From Octopus bimaculoides (taxonomy: Eukaryota), in the NCBI RefSeq assembly GCF_001194135.2, contig NC_068984.1:87408525-87472524 (forward strand): a stretch of 64,000 nt of DNA, given 5' to 3'. Shown here piece by piece: positions 1-10,300 of the stretch. The notes beneath the pieces were generated by a model. It saw only the letters and a list, made by a program, of their open reading frames with translations. It was not told the origin of the DNA and searched no databases. Numbering within the stretch: position 1 is the first letter of the stretch; each line of letters begins with the position of its first letter. The position numbers and the translations under genes are program-made.

Positions 1-236
1 CCAAGTAAAATCATAGTCATGGCCAATGCTGGTGTCATGTAACTGGCACCTGTGCCAGTGGTACGTAAAAAGCACCCATTACTCTCTTGGAGTGGTTGGC
101 ATTAGGAAGGACATCCAGCCATAGAAACCATGCCAGATCAGACTGGAACTTGGTGTACTTCCCAGCTTACCAGTTTTCTGTCAGACCGTCCAACCCATGC
201 CAGCATGGAAAGCAGATGTTAAATGATGATTATGAT
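1..236 (+). mobile_element. RTE-type LINE family A, 3' UTR fragment with (GAT)n tail
   Basis: gagtggttggcattaggaagg...aacccatgccagcatggaaagcagatgttaaatgatgat, shared with many copies in the window. Confidence 0.8.
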
Positions 237-1109
237 AATCTCACCAAACTGGCAGGACCTGCAAGGTGGATCAGCATTGTCCCCCTTTTTTTTTACTAAC
301 TCGTTATAAATGGAATCACTTTCATAATGAAAACAAAACTAAATCTATGAATTTCAGTTATTTGCTAATTCCTTAGATGCCACTGATGGTGCTGAATAAT
401 GTTCCATGAGGAGTTGTTCTTAGTCCTAGGGTCAAGCGAATATATAATCAAAGATGCTCCACTATGACTATTTAACCTTTTCTTTTTTTTCCCTAGATAG
501 ACATAGTGCTATTAGGGCTAGTTTTTACAATGTACTTCCTTTTTTGAGGCTTCTAGCTGGTTGAGTGACCATGTAGAAGCTACTATATACTTGTCATCTG
601 CCAAGTTTCAGTCACAAGGTTTGGGATGACCTGAACCTATGATAGAAAGCACTTCTAAGGTGCTTGTGGTGGGATTGAACCAAGATTTATGTGGTTGTGA
701 AGTGAACTTTTTAACCAGTGTGAGTGAATTGGGTGATGGTTGCCATTCTCAATATTTTTGTTATTGATCAAGCAGATCTATAATCAAAGATGTTTCAGTT
801 ATGTCTCTTCTTGTTTTATTTTCATTTTTTCTGAGATAATGTATTATGAACTATATTATCCAATGTGTTCTTTTTTTAAGACAGTAGGCTGTGATTTGAG
901 GAAGATTTTGTGGCTAATTTAAGCAGGTTAAGTAACCACATAACAACTCTTCCTTGTTGGCTCATGTAAAATAAAGAACTGATGTCAACTGAATGAACAA
1001 ACACTTGAATTGTCAAATAAACAGTTCATAAAAATATGCAATTATTAACTTTTTGCTACCATATTTCTGTTGAAATATACTTCCATTGTTTCAATTTTTT
1101 TTTTATGAA

Positions 1110-1858
1110 AGTCCCAAACAATGTGAGAAGGCACTTAGTGTAAGGGATTATGTAGAAGGTAAAGTTAAGACAAAAGGAATGAATTTACTTGAGACTTGAA
1201 AGAGTTTGAGTCATAAGATGGAAGAGAGTTCCAATGTCTGGCAGTTTGAGGGAAAAAGCTGTGACCATAGAAAGACTTCCATATTCATGGAAGTACAACA
1301 GCTTTTGGATGAAGATGCTGTGAGTTTTGAGTCAGGTGGAGATGGCACAAAGTGATCTGGAACTAAGAGAGAAAGTTCATCAGAGTACTTCCAATAGTAA
1401 TAACAATAGAAAAACTAAGACTGATAATATCACGTTGATGTGACAAGGGTTACAAAGTTGATGCAAAAGAGGGATCAATCAAATTAGAGACTTTCTTCTG
1501 AACCCAGCTCAAGGAGAGTCAAGTGACCAGATGGGACACCTACTAAATATGACCACAGTGTTCCATACAAGGATGATTTGTGGACTTGTAAAGATACAAA
1601 ATAGCCTCATATGTGAGGTAGTACTTTGATCTATACAATGACCCAACATTACAGAAGGCAGACCTACCTATTGACTGTGTATAAGAAAGACCAGATGAAA
1701 AAGTAAGACCAGGCAGTTTCAAAGACCTTTCCTCAAACGGTTTGACTGTCTCACCATGTGATACATCAGGCCCATAATTCATGTAAATGGGAGGAAGATA
1801 GGGAACCTGATTCCTAATGAAGGACATCTATTTGGTCTTGGCAGGGTTGAAGGTTACT
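1110..1858 (-). mobile_element. CR1/L2-group LINE, degraded RT C-terminal and 3' fragment, apparently inserted into a TTAA-type MITE (pieces at ~1050-1105 and ~1870-2034)
   Basis: Minus-strand peptide LVTFNPAKTK...LKLPGLTFSSGLSY...GSLYRSK...LYLYKS..PCMEHCGHI...SFFPQTARHWNSLP is typical of CR1/L2 RT C-termini. Confidence 0.7.
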
Positions 1859-2038
1859 AACCACCTTTTACCCCATTTTTAATTTTGAAAATAATTAAGA
1901 ATTTAGTAAAATAACCTTGTCATTATTATAATTAATGTTTCGAACAAATTAATATGAAATTTTGATGGAATGCATTTGTACCTTAAAACGAAGTCTGTAT
2001 CATCAAATCATGAGTGGTGTGAGGCAAGTTGGATTTAA

Positions 2039-2228
2039 TCTTTTAACATTTAAACCAGCCATATCGGGCCTAAACATTCTACCTGTATTATGTTCAAACT
2101 AGCTAGATCTGGCTTCTCACACATTCCCTACAATGTTATTGTAAAAATAAACAATCACAACATTGAAATCTCAAAGTTATGAGATTAATAAGCATTACAT
2201 TTGACAGAGTAAACTGAATGCTGAAGGA
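2039..2228 (+). mobile_element. piggyBac-type MITE (~217-bp family). Other copies: 11857-~12050(+), 20462-20681(+), ~40286-40440(+), 43601-43817(+), 45349-45565(-), ~54402-54616(-)
   Basis: Best copies read TTAA|CCCTTTAGCAT...ATGCTAAAG(G/A)G|TTAA: TTAA target duplication, CCC-starting TIR, no ORF. Confidence 0.75.
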
Positions 2229-2444
2229 TTAATGTCATTCACATCAGTGATGAAAGAATTAATATCTCACAATCAGATGAAGGTTCAATACAGACAAGAT
2301 CCTCACTTCTTCTTTCATGTGCCCATTCTCCAATCTTCATTACTGACTTTGTCTTCCTTCCCTGGTCAATAAAGTAAATACCAGTCAGATATTGAGGTTC
2401 AATATAATATACTACATTTTTTTCACCAAAACTTATATACATGT

Positions 2445-3545
2445 CCATCATCATCATCATCATCATCATCGTTTAACGTCCGCTTTCCATGCTAGCATGG
2501 GTTGGACGATTTGACTGAGGACTGGTGAAACCGGATGGCAACACCAGGCTCCAGTCTGATTTGGCAGAGTTTCTACAGCTGGATGCCCTTCCTAACGCCA
2601 ACCACTCAGAGAGTGTAGTGGGTGCTTTTACGTGTCACCCGCACGAAAACGGCCACGCTCGAAATGGTGTCTTTTATGTGCCACCCGNNNNNNNNNNNNN
2701 NNNNNNNNNNNNNNNNNNNNNNNNNNNNNNNNNNNNNNNNNNNNNNNNNNNNNNNNNNNNNNNNNNNNNNNNNNNNNNNNNNNNNNNNNNNNNNNNNNNN
2801 NNNNNNNNNNNNNNNNNNNNNNNNNNNNNNNNNNNNNNNNNNNNNNNNNNNNNNNNNNNNNNNNNNNNNNNNNNNNNNNNNNNNNNNNNNNNNNNNNNNN
2901 NNNNNNNNNNNNNNNNNNNNNNNNNNNNNNNNNNNNNNNNNNNNNNNNNNNNNNNNNNNNNNNNNNNNNNNNNNNNNNNNNNNNNNNNNNNNNNNNNNNN
3001 NNNNNNNNNNNNNNNNNNNNNNNNNNNNNNNNNNNNNNNNNNNNNNNNNNNNNNNNNNNNNNNNNNNNNNNNNNNNNNNNNNNNNNNNNNNNNNNNNNNN
3101 NNNNNNNNNNNNNNNNNNNNNNNNNNNNNNNNNNNNNNNNNNNNNNNNNNNNNNNNNNNNNNNNNNNNNNNNNNNNNNNNNNNNNGAGAGTCCCTTTGTC
3201 GCCAGCAGGTGTAAGAGCTCTCTAAACTTTGCCCAGGCTATTCTTATTCTAGCAGCTACACTTTCAGCGCACCCACCCCAACTACTAACTTGGTCGCCCA
3301 GATAGCGGGAGCTATCGACTACCTCTAGTTTTTCACCCTGGAATGAGATAGAAGTTGTTTCCTGTTTGTTTGCAGTCTTTATTGCACCTGAACATCTGCC
3401 ACAAACAAAAACTAACTTGCTAGTTAACCTGCCTTTGATGTTGCTGCACCTCTTATGTGTCCATAGCTTGCACCGGGTACATCTTATAGAGTTACTACCT
3501 ACTCCTTTTCTACATACTGAGCAGGGCCATCTACCTGAAGGGGGG
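2445..3545 (-). mobile_element. Young 5'-truncated RTE family A copy (PHD-like finger, RT C-terminus, 3' UTR, (GAT)n tail), interrupted by an assembly gap
   Basis: Minus strand: GRWPCSVCRKGVGSNSIRCTRCKLWTHKRCSNIKGRL...VCGRC...GEKLEVVDS.RYLGDQ...ARIRIAWAKFREL; tail at 2448-2470. Confidence 0.85.
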
Positions 3546-4296
3546 CCATATGCTAGGAATTGTTGTTACCTATTTGGAATCTCACTACAGTCAGCTTAAC
3601 TTTTGATCTTCTGAGAATGATAAAGTAAATAGCAACCAAGTAGTCGAGTTGATTTAGTTGCTTAAACCCAAAATATGTGGTCTTGTATCTACCGATATTA
3701 AATGTTTTTTCGCTGCGTTTGCGGATTCCCATGACTCTATCACCATCAAATTCCGTATTTATGAATTTGAATTGAAAACTTGAGTGATAGTTAATCTTCA
3801 GTAGCTGATTACATAATCATGGGTGCCACCCCAGTGGATGTGTTGCAGTTACTCTCTTGATCTTGACCATTAATCTAGTATTCCTCCACTCAGCATCGGT
3901 GTAAGAAGCACCATTGGTTCAGTTGAGTTTTTCTGCTACCTCTTCATAATCCACCATGCTGCAGTCTCACGACTTTGCCATATTCCTGGCAGGGGGTGAG
4001 GGGAGGGTTGCTGAATGGGTGCCATGCTTTGCCAAAGGGCAGCCCATAACTATGCAAGAAATAGTTCTCACTCTGTGAGGTATTTTCAAATTACCTGCAT
4101 ACCCAGATATTAAAAAAAAAAGTAAATAAGTATTTTGTATGTGTATTTCGTGTGCAAGATTTAATTAAATAAGTATTATTATGTTACTGTGTGTAGCCAT
4201 CTACCTACCTATATTAGAATCAAGTTTTGTTATGATTCTATTGTTAAAGTTTATTAACAAAGTGTTTTCATTTTCTTCCATTTTATTTTTGTTTAG

Positions 4297-4356
4297 CATG
4301 TACTTGTATTGGTTTCATTTAATGTTGATGCCTTGTGTGCTTGCAAGATCCTGCAG
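4297..4356 (+). CDS. CDC45: CDC45 exon 2 (HVLVLVSFNVDALCACKILQ)
   Basis: gtttag|cat ... cag|gttagt; 60 nt, phase 0/0. Confidence 0.95.
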
Positions 4357-7300
4357 GTTAGTATAATTGATTCTGTATATTTTGATATAATTTATATTAA
4401 TTTACAAAAAATTGCTCTTTATACAAAAAAAAAAAAAAATTTAACCCCTTCTGTTGAAATACACTGTCTATAACTTTTAATTAATTTTGTAAAAAATGAA
4501 ACTTACCTCACTCCCGCAAACTTGTTGGCCTTCTGTCAAAATTTGAAACTAATATTATGTGTTTTCCTTTCAGTATAATACATCATTATCCTCATTGTTT
4601 TAGCATCTACTTTTCTATGCTTGTAAGAGTTAGATGAGAGTTGTTGAGGCAAATTTTCTATAGCTGGATACTCTTTCTGTTGCTATCCCTCACCCTTTTC
4701 CAGGCAAGGTGATATTTTCCCATAGAAAGTTACCAACAAATGACAATGTATGTTGGTGATGAATATTTACAGTTTGCATGCTTTGTCAAGACATACATAC
4801 TCAACAACATACTTACATTCATGCACTCACATTCATATTCAACTACACACAGACACACACACACACACACACACACATGTACATACGTACATACATACAT
4901 ACATTGTACTGTTCTGTTGTTGGCAGGATCATCAAAAAGGTACTCCATTCAGCAAGAGATAGATATAATTTAATAACCACAAGATATATATATGTGAATT
5001 GTATGTGAACTACTATAAGTTTCATACTGACACTGTACAGTTATCAGATAGGCTTGTTTAGTATGCAGTGTACTATCTTGCAATTGTTCAAGTTCAAAAT
5101 AAATATAGCTATTCTCCGAGAAAAAGTGCAAAAGAGCAAGGAAGAAGGCAAGTTTGGAGGGTAAGAGAGGTAAAAGTTCTGTCCCTTTAATTCGTTAGAC
5201 AAACATTATTCTTTTACTTTCTTTTATTTATTTCAGACTGTGGCTATATTAGTAGTATTTTATATATGAATTTAAAATGGTTGGTGTAAAGGTTAAAGTT
5301 TGTACGACTCCTTAATCTAGAGAGTGTGGTGTTCTCAAATTCAATAGGGATTTTTTTCCTTTTCATGGGCAGCTTGATTAATTAATTTTCTTTAACTAAA
5401 CACTTTGAAACTTCAGATACTGGTAGAATGTGTCATATGGAACATCTTTTACTCTTAGCGTTGTTGAGAAAAGTTTCTATTTGCAAAGTTATTTCGTGTT
5501 AAAGTTGTCGTATTTCGGTAATTTCAACCAATCAGTGACGTGTAGTCAGCTGAATAAAATTACTGCTGTTGTTTGTCAGCAACAACTATCGGCGGTGTAT
5601 ATTTCATTTGTCACTGTTATCTACACTTTCTGAGTGGTTGGCGTTAGGAAGGGCATCCAGCTGTAGAAACTCTGCCAAATTTAGATTGGAGCCTGGTGTT
5701 GCCATCCGGTTTCACCAGTCCTCAGTTAAATCGTCCAACCCATGCTAGCATGGAAAGCAGACGTTAAACGATGATGATGATGATGATGATTTATGACATC
5801 GTTCGTGTGTTTGTATTGGTTTTTAGCTTTAAAAAAATTTACAGCAATTTTTCTACTTCAGGTTAGGGTTAGGATTTTAGGATTAGGGTTTTACGGTTAG
5901 GGTTTGGGTTTTAGGGTTAGGGTTACAGNNNNNNNNNNNNNNNNNNNNNNNNNNNNNNNNNNNNNNNNNNNNNNNNNNNNNNNNNNNNNNNNNNNNNNNN
6001 NNNNNNNNNNNNNNNNNNNNNNNNNNNNNNNNNNNNNNNNNNNNNNNNNNNNNNNNNNNNNNNNNNNNNNNNNNNNNNNNNNNNNNNNNNNNNNNNNNNN
6101 NNNNNNNNNNNNNNNNNNNNNNNNNNNNNNNNNNNNNNNNNNNNNNNNNNNNNNNNNNNNNNNNNNNNNNNNNNNNNNNNNNNNNNNNNNNNNNNNNNNN
6201 NNNNNNNNNNNNNNNNNNNNNNNNNNNNNNNNNNNNNNNNNNNNNNNNNNNNNNNNAACAGCAGTAATTTTATTCAGCTGAATACATGTCATTGATTGAT
6301 TGAAATTACCGAAATACGACAACTTTAACACGAAATAACTTTGCAAATAGAAACTTTTCTCAACAACGCTAAGAGTAAAAGATGTCCTCTATGACACATT
6401 CTACCAGTATCCGAAATTTCAAAGTGTTTAGTTAAAGAGAATTAATTAATTGAGTTCCCCATCAAAAGGGCAAGATCCTTCAATAGTAGAAACTTATCAA
6501 GATGCTTGAAAATTTCTGATCTCATTTATGAAGTGTATTTTAAGAACTCCACTGACCTAAACTTGAGATCAGAAATTTTCACAAGATCCGAGCTTCTCAA
6601 TAAGTTTCTGCTGTTGAACTTAAGAACACCATTCGCTTTAGATTAAGGATAGTCTTACAAACACTAGTCTTTCTCTAACCGATTAACCCCTGCACCAACC
6701 GTTCTTAGTTTCTGTATAAGTTATTGCCAATATCCTGCTAACTGAAGAGAAGGGACACAATTCCCTTTCCAGCCAAACTTTTTTTTTTATAGAGAATAGA
6801 CATTTATTTTGAACCTGAACGATTGCAGGATAGTACACAGCATGCAATACAAGCCGGCCAATTATTATACTATTTCTGCATGAAACTAATAATTGTTCAC
6901 ATATAATGCCTGTGTGTATTAAATTATATATATATATACTCTGTTGTGTCTGGGGAGAGACATTCTCTTTTAAGTGCCTCATAGTTTAACACACACACTG
7001 GTAAATTTTCCACCCATTTCCTTCTTTATTTTTCTAAAATTTTCATTGCATCTTGCAACCTTTTCAATAGTTGTTGACTCTGTCTGTTATTCACACTGCG
7101 TTCTTTTTGTTTGTTTGTGCGCATGTGTGTGGGTGTATGCATGTATATGTGTGTGTGCCTATGTATATATGTATGTATTCTGCATATTCATGTGTTTGTG
7201 TGATTTTATGTATGTGTGTGTGTGTTTGCATGTGTGTGTGTATGGGTTTTTTGCAATTATGTACTGTGTATGTATGGATGTGTATCTCCTTATGTGTGGA

Positions 7301-10300
7301 CGTGTGTCTCCATATGTGTCCTTGCGTGAAGTGAAGTGTGTGTGTATATATGGTCATGTCTTCATTTTCAGTCTTCATTTGTGTGTATGTGTGCTTGTCT
7401 GTTCATATAACCTTTGTACCTAACCGTCTGTATGTCAATCTGTTTACTTTCATATCCATATGCCTACATACATGTGCATACACATATACACACACCCACA
7501 CACGCATACATCTACATAACAGCCCATTAACTATTTTACTCTACCTGTATAAACTGTGAGTTGCCTCCATGTTGGTCCTTGGAATGTTGGTAGAGTATGG
7601 AAGACAGTTTTTTTGTCATCATATTGTCTCAAATGTTCATTTAGTCGTTCTGTAATGCTCCTAGATGTCTCCCCTATGTATGTCATGTTCATGTCTTTAC
7701 AAACACCTATGCATCTTATGCTGTAAACTACATTTCTGGTTCTACAGTTAATGCCAGGGCTAATCCTACATACCACGCAGTTATCATTGGTGCATATGGT
7801 GTTGTGATCTGACGGAGTTCCCTGGCTTTCAACAATCTTAATGTTGAGTTTGGTCGCCTTCAGAGCTTTCATAAGGTTTTGATCAAGCTGGGGCTATAGA
7901 TGAGGACACTTAATCAAGGTGGCTAAAAGAGTTAGCAACAGGAAGAGCATCCAACTAGAAAACACTGCCCCAGAAAAACTGTCTAATGTATGCTAGATGG
8001 AAAAGTGGGCATAAAATGATGTTCAATGATGAGAATGTGTGTTCCATTTATTTATTTATTTATGCCATGTAGATCGATCAGGTTCTATATGATGGGTAAA
8101 ATGTTTCTTCATGATGGCAATTTAATATTATTTTTTTGTTTTGGTTTTAAGTATTAGTTCATTTGGCTATTATATGGTATTTCTATGCATTGCACAATTG
8201 ACATTGTATTGCTCCATTTATGTAGGACATGCTTTGCTCAATGATTGACTAATTGGTATTGAAATGATCAAAAATTATTTCCTTAACAGAAAATATTTGA
8301 ATTTTTTTTTTTTTTTATTGCAGTATTTATTCCAGTGTGACCAAGTGTTGTACTCTATCATCCCTATTACAGGAAAAGAAAGTCTTGAAACTTCTTTTAT
8401 GGATAATTGTGAAGGGGTATGTTTCAGCTTTAATGTTGTAAGTCTTGTAAATGTTTATAAGTGCTCTGTCTATGTATCTGGAAATAAAAGTCTTACACCT
8501 TACTTGTGTATATTGTAGGAGTCATTTCTCATTTTATCTCAGGTATTCTATTCTAGTCTATGTTACTCTGTGTGAAATATACTGTTATGCATATCAATAA
8601 GTAGTTGTATACTGGAAATCTTTGGTTTTGAATACTCCACAGACACGTGTACCCTTAATGTAGTCCTCGGGGATATTCAGCGTGACACAGTGTGACAAGG
8701 CTGACCATTTGAATTTACAGGCACAACAGAAACAGGAAGTAAGAGTGAGAGAAAGTTGTGGTGAAAGAGTACAGCAGGGTTCGCCACCATCCCCTGCCGG
8801 AGCCTCGTGGAGCTTTAGGCATTTTCGCTCAATAAACACTCACAACGCCCGGTCTGGGAATCGAAACCGCGATCCTATAACCGCGAGTCTGCTGCCCTAA
8901 CCACTGGGCCATTGCACCTCCACATTTTTTTCTATTTATACAATATTCAGCCCTTTATTTACATGCATTAGATCATAGATCCTGTGCTGGTGCTGCATTT
9001 ACATGCCCATGTTGGTGCCACGTAAAAAGCACCCAGCACACTCTGTTAAGTGATTGGCATTGGGAAGGGCATCCAGCTGTAGAAACCATGCCACAACAGA
9101 CATTTGGAGTCCGGACAGATTCCTGCTAGCCAGCTCCATGTCAAACCGTCCAACCCATGCCAGCATGGAGAGCAGATATTAAACGATGATGATGATTGTG
9201 TATTGTCAGAATGAAATTAGGGTAGGCGTGGGAGACTGGATTATTTTGCCTTTTTGATTGTAAAACAGGTATGATATTAGGGTTGACTATACCCTGGTTA
9301 CATGCTAAAGAGCTAAGTGTGCAATGTTCAAACCAGAGGGTGTGAAAGAGTATACTGCTTTCAAGATATGTGTTGAAAATGAGTTTTGTTGTTAAAATAA
9401 ACTGAAAAACTCCAGTCAGGAAGAGAAAGCACACTAAAGCAGGCACTTGCATAGGTACGATGGGCTTTTGTGCTATCTTTGTGGACCAATTCTTGCTCAG
9501 TCAATCTGAGGCTGTAGAAGATATTTGCTTAAGGTTATTTAAATTTGAAATTGGACAAGGTAAACACACCACTATATATGTGATTATTATTATTATTATC
9601 AGTAATATTAATATGCCAACTTTTTTTGTTCGTACCTGTTGTGTGTGTTACACTTCAAAGAAGAGGCAAAGCGAGAGAGAGAGAGGAGAACAGAGAGAGT
9701 GAAAGAGACAGTGAGTGGTGATGGCATTCATTTTGTGTTTTTAAATGTTTATCACATTGCAAGAGTAGATACACAGATACATATACACATTGTTAAATCA
9801 AAAGCGGGTGTTACATCACTTTCTATGTTCTGTAACTGTCACAATATACTTTTCTAGGCCTGATTTTTTTGTGGGGAGGGGGGCCAGTTGATTAGATCGA
9901 TCCCCAGTACGCAACTGATACTTAATTTATTGACCCCGAAAGGACAAGTCGATCTCGGCAGAATTTGAACTCAGAACATAAAGAGACAGACGGTCATAAT
10001 ATACAAACATTTCTCATAGCACCAGTTCACTGTTTACAGATGCTTACATTTTTTGTGTTTTCCGTGAATTTTTCACGGGTCCAGCTAATTATTATTATTA
10101 TTATTATTATTATTAAAGCAATGAGCTGGCAGAATCGTTAGCACGCTGGACAAAATGCTTAGCAGCATTTCGTCCATCTTTATGTTCTGAGTTCAAGTTC
10201 CACCAAGGTCAACTTTGCCTTTTATCCTTTCAGGATCAATAAAATAAGTACTAGTTGAATACTGGTGTTGATTTACTCGGCTTACCCCATCCCCCCAAAT

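Larger units (their letters stand above)
5348..6478. mobile_element. Non-autonomous DNA transposon with long (at least 220 bp) TIRs and 8-bp TSD TTCAATAG
   Basis: 5348-5569 is the reverse complement of 6258-6478. Ends are GGAT...ATCC. TTCAATAG occurs at 5340-5347 and 6479-6486. Confidence 0.8.
5298..6662. mobile_element. Foldback (palindromic) MITE of ~230 bp with ~95-bp arms, split by a later insertion
   Basis: Rejoining 5298-5347 with 6487-6524 gives an arm that is the reverse complement of 6564-6662. The innermost 18 bp (6507-6524/6564-6581) match perfectly. Confidence 0.7.

Noticed and set aside
862-925. Candidate CDC45 exon 1 (GCDLRKILW, ending cag|gttaag)
   Set aside because: The frame with DLRK hits TAA before the donor, and the phase-0 frame has a stop; no usable ATG.
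2525-3305. Long X-containing ORFs in the supplied track (also ~5900, ~25150, ~35300, ~38110)
   Set aside because: Artefacts of N runs.
4730-5025. HT/VC-rich ORFs (also 6974-7559, 24877-25122, 32315-32696, 38525-39217)
   Set aside because: Translations of CA/TG microsatellites.
5161-5236. Well-formed 76-nt mini-intron signals (GG|GTAAGA ... TTTCAG) in intron 2
   Set aside because: The flanking frames have no recognisable homology and stop quickly; likely chance in AT-rich DNA. RNA-seq would settle it.
5861-5928. True telomere or chromosome end
   Set aside because: The tract is short and degenerate, lies between matching TIRs, and the gene continues on both sides.
8860-8923. tRNA genes (also at 10840-10906 and 53945-54010)
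   Set aside because: These are tRNA-like heads with A/B boxes attached to SINE bodies and tails, without a complete cloverleaf.
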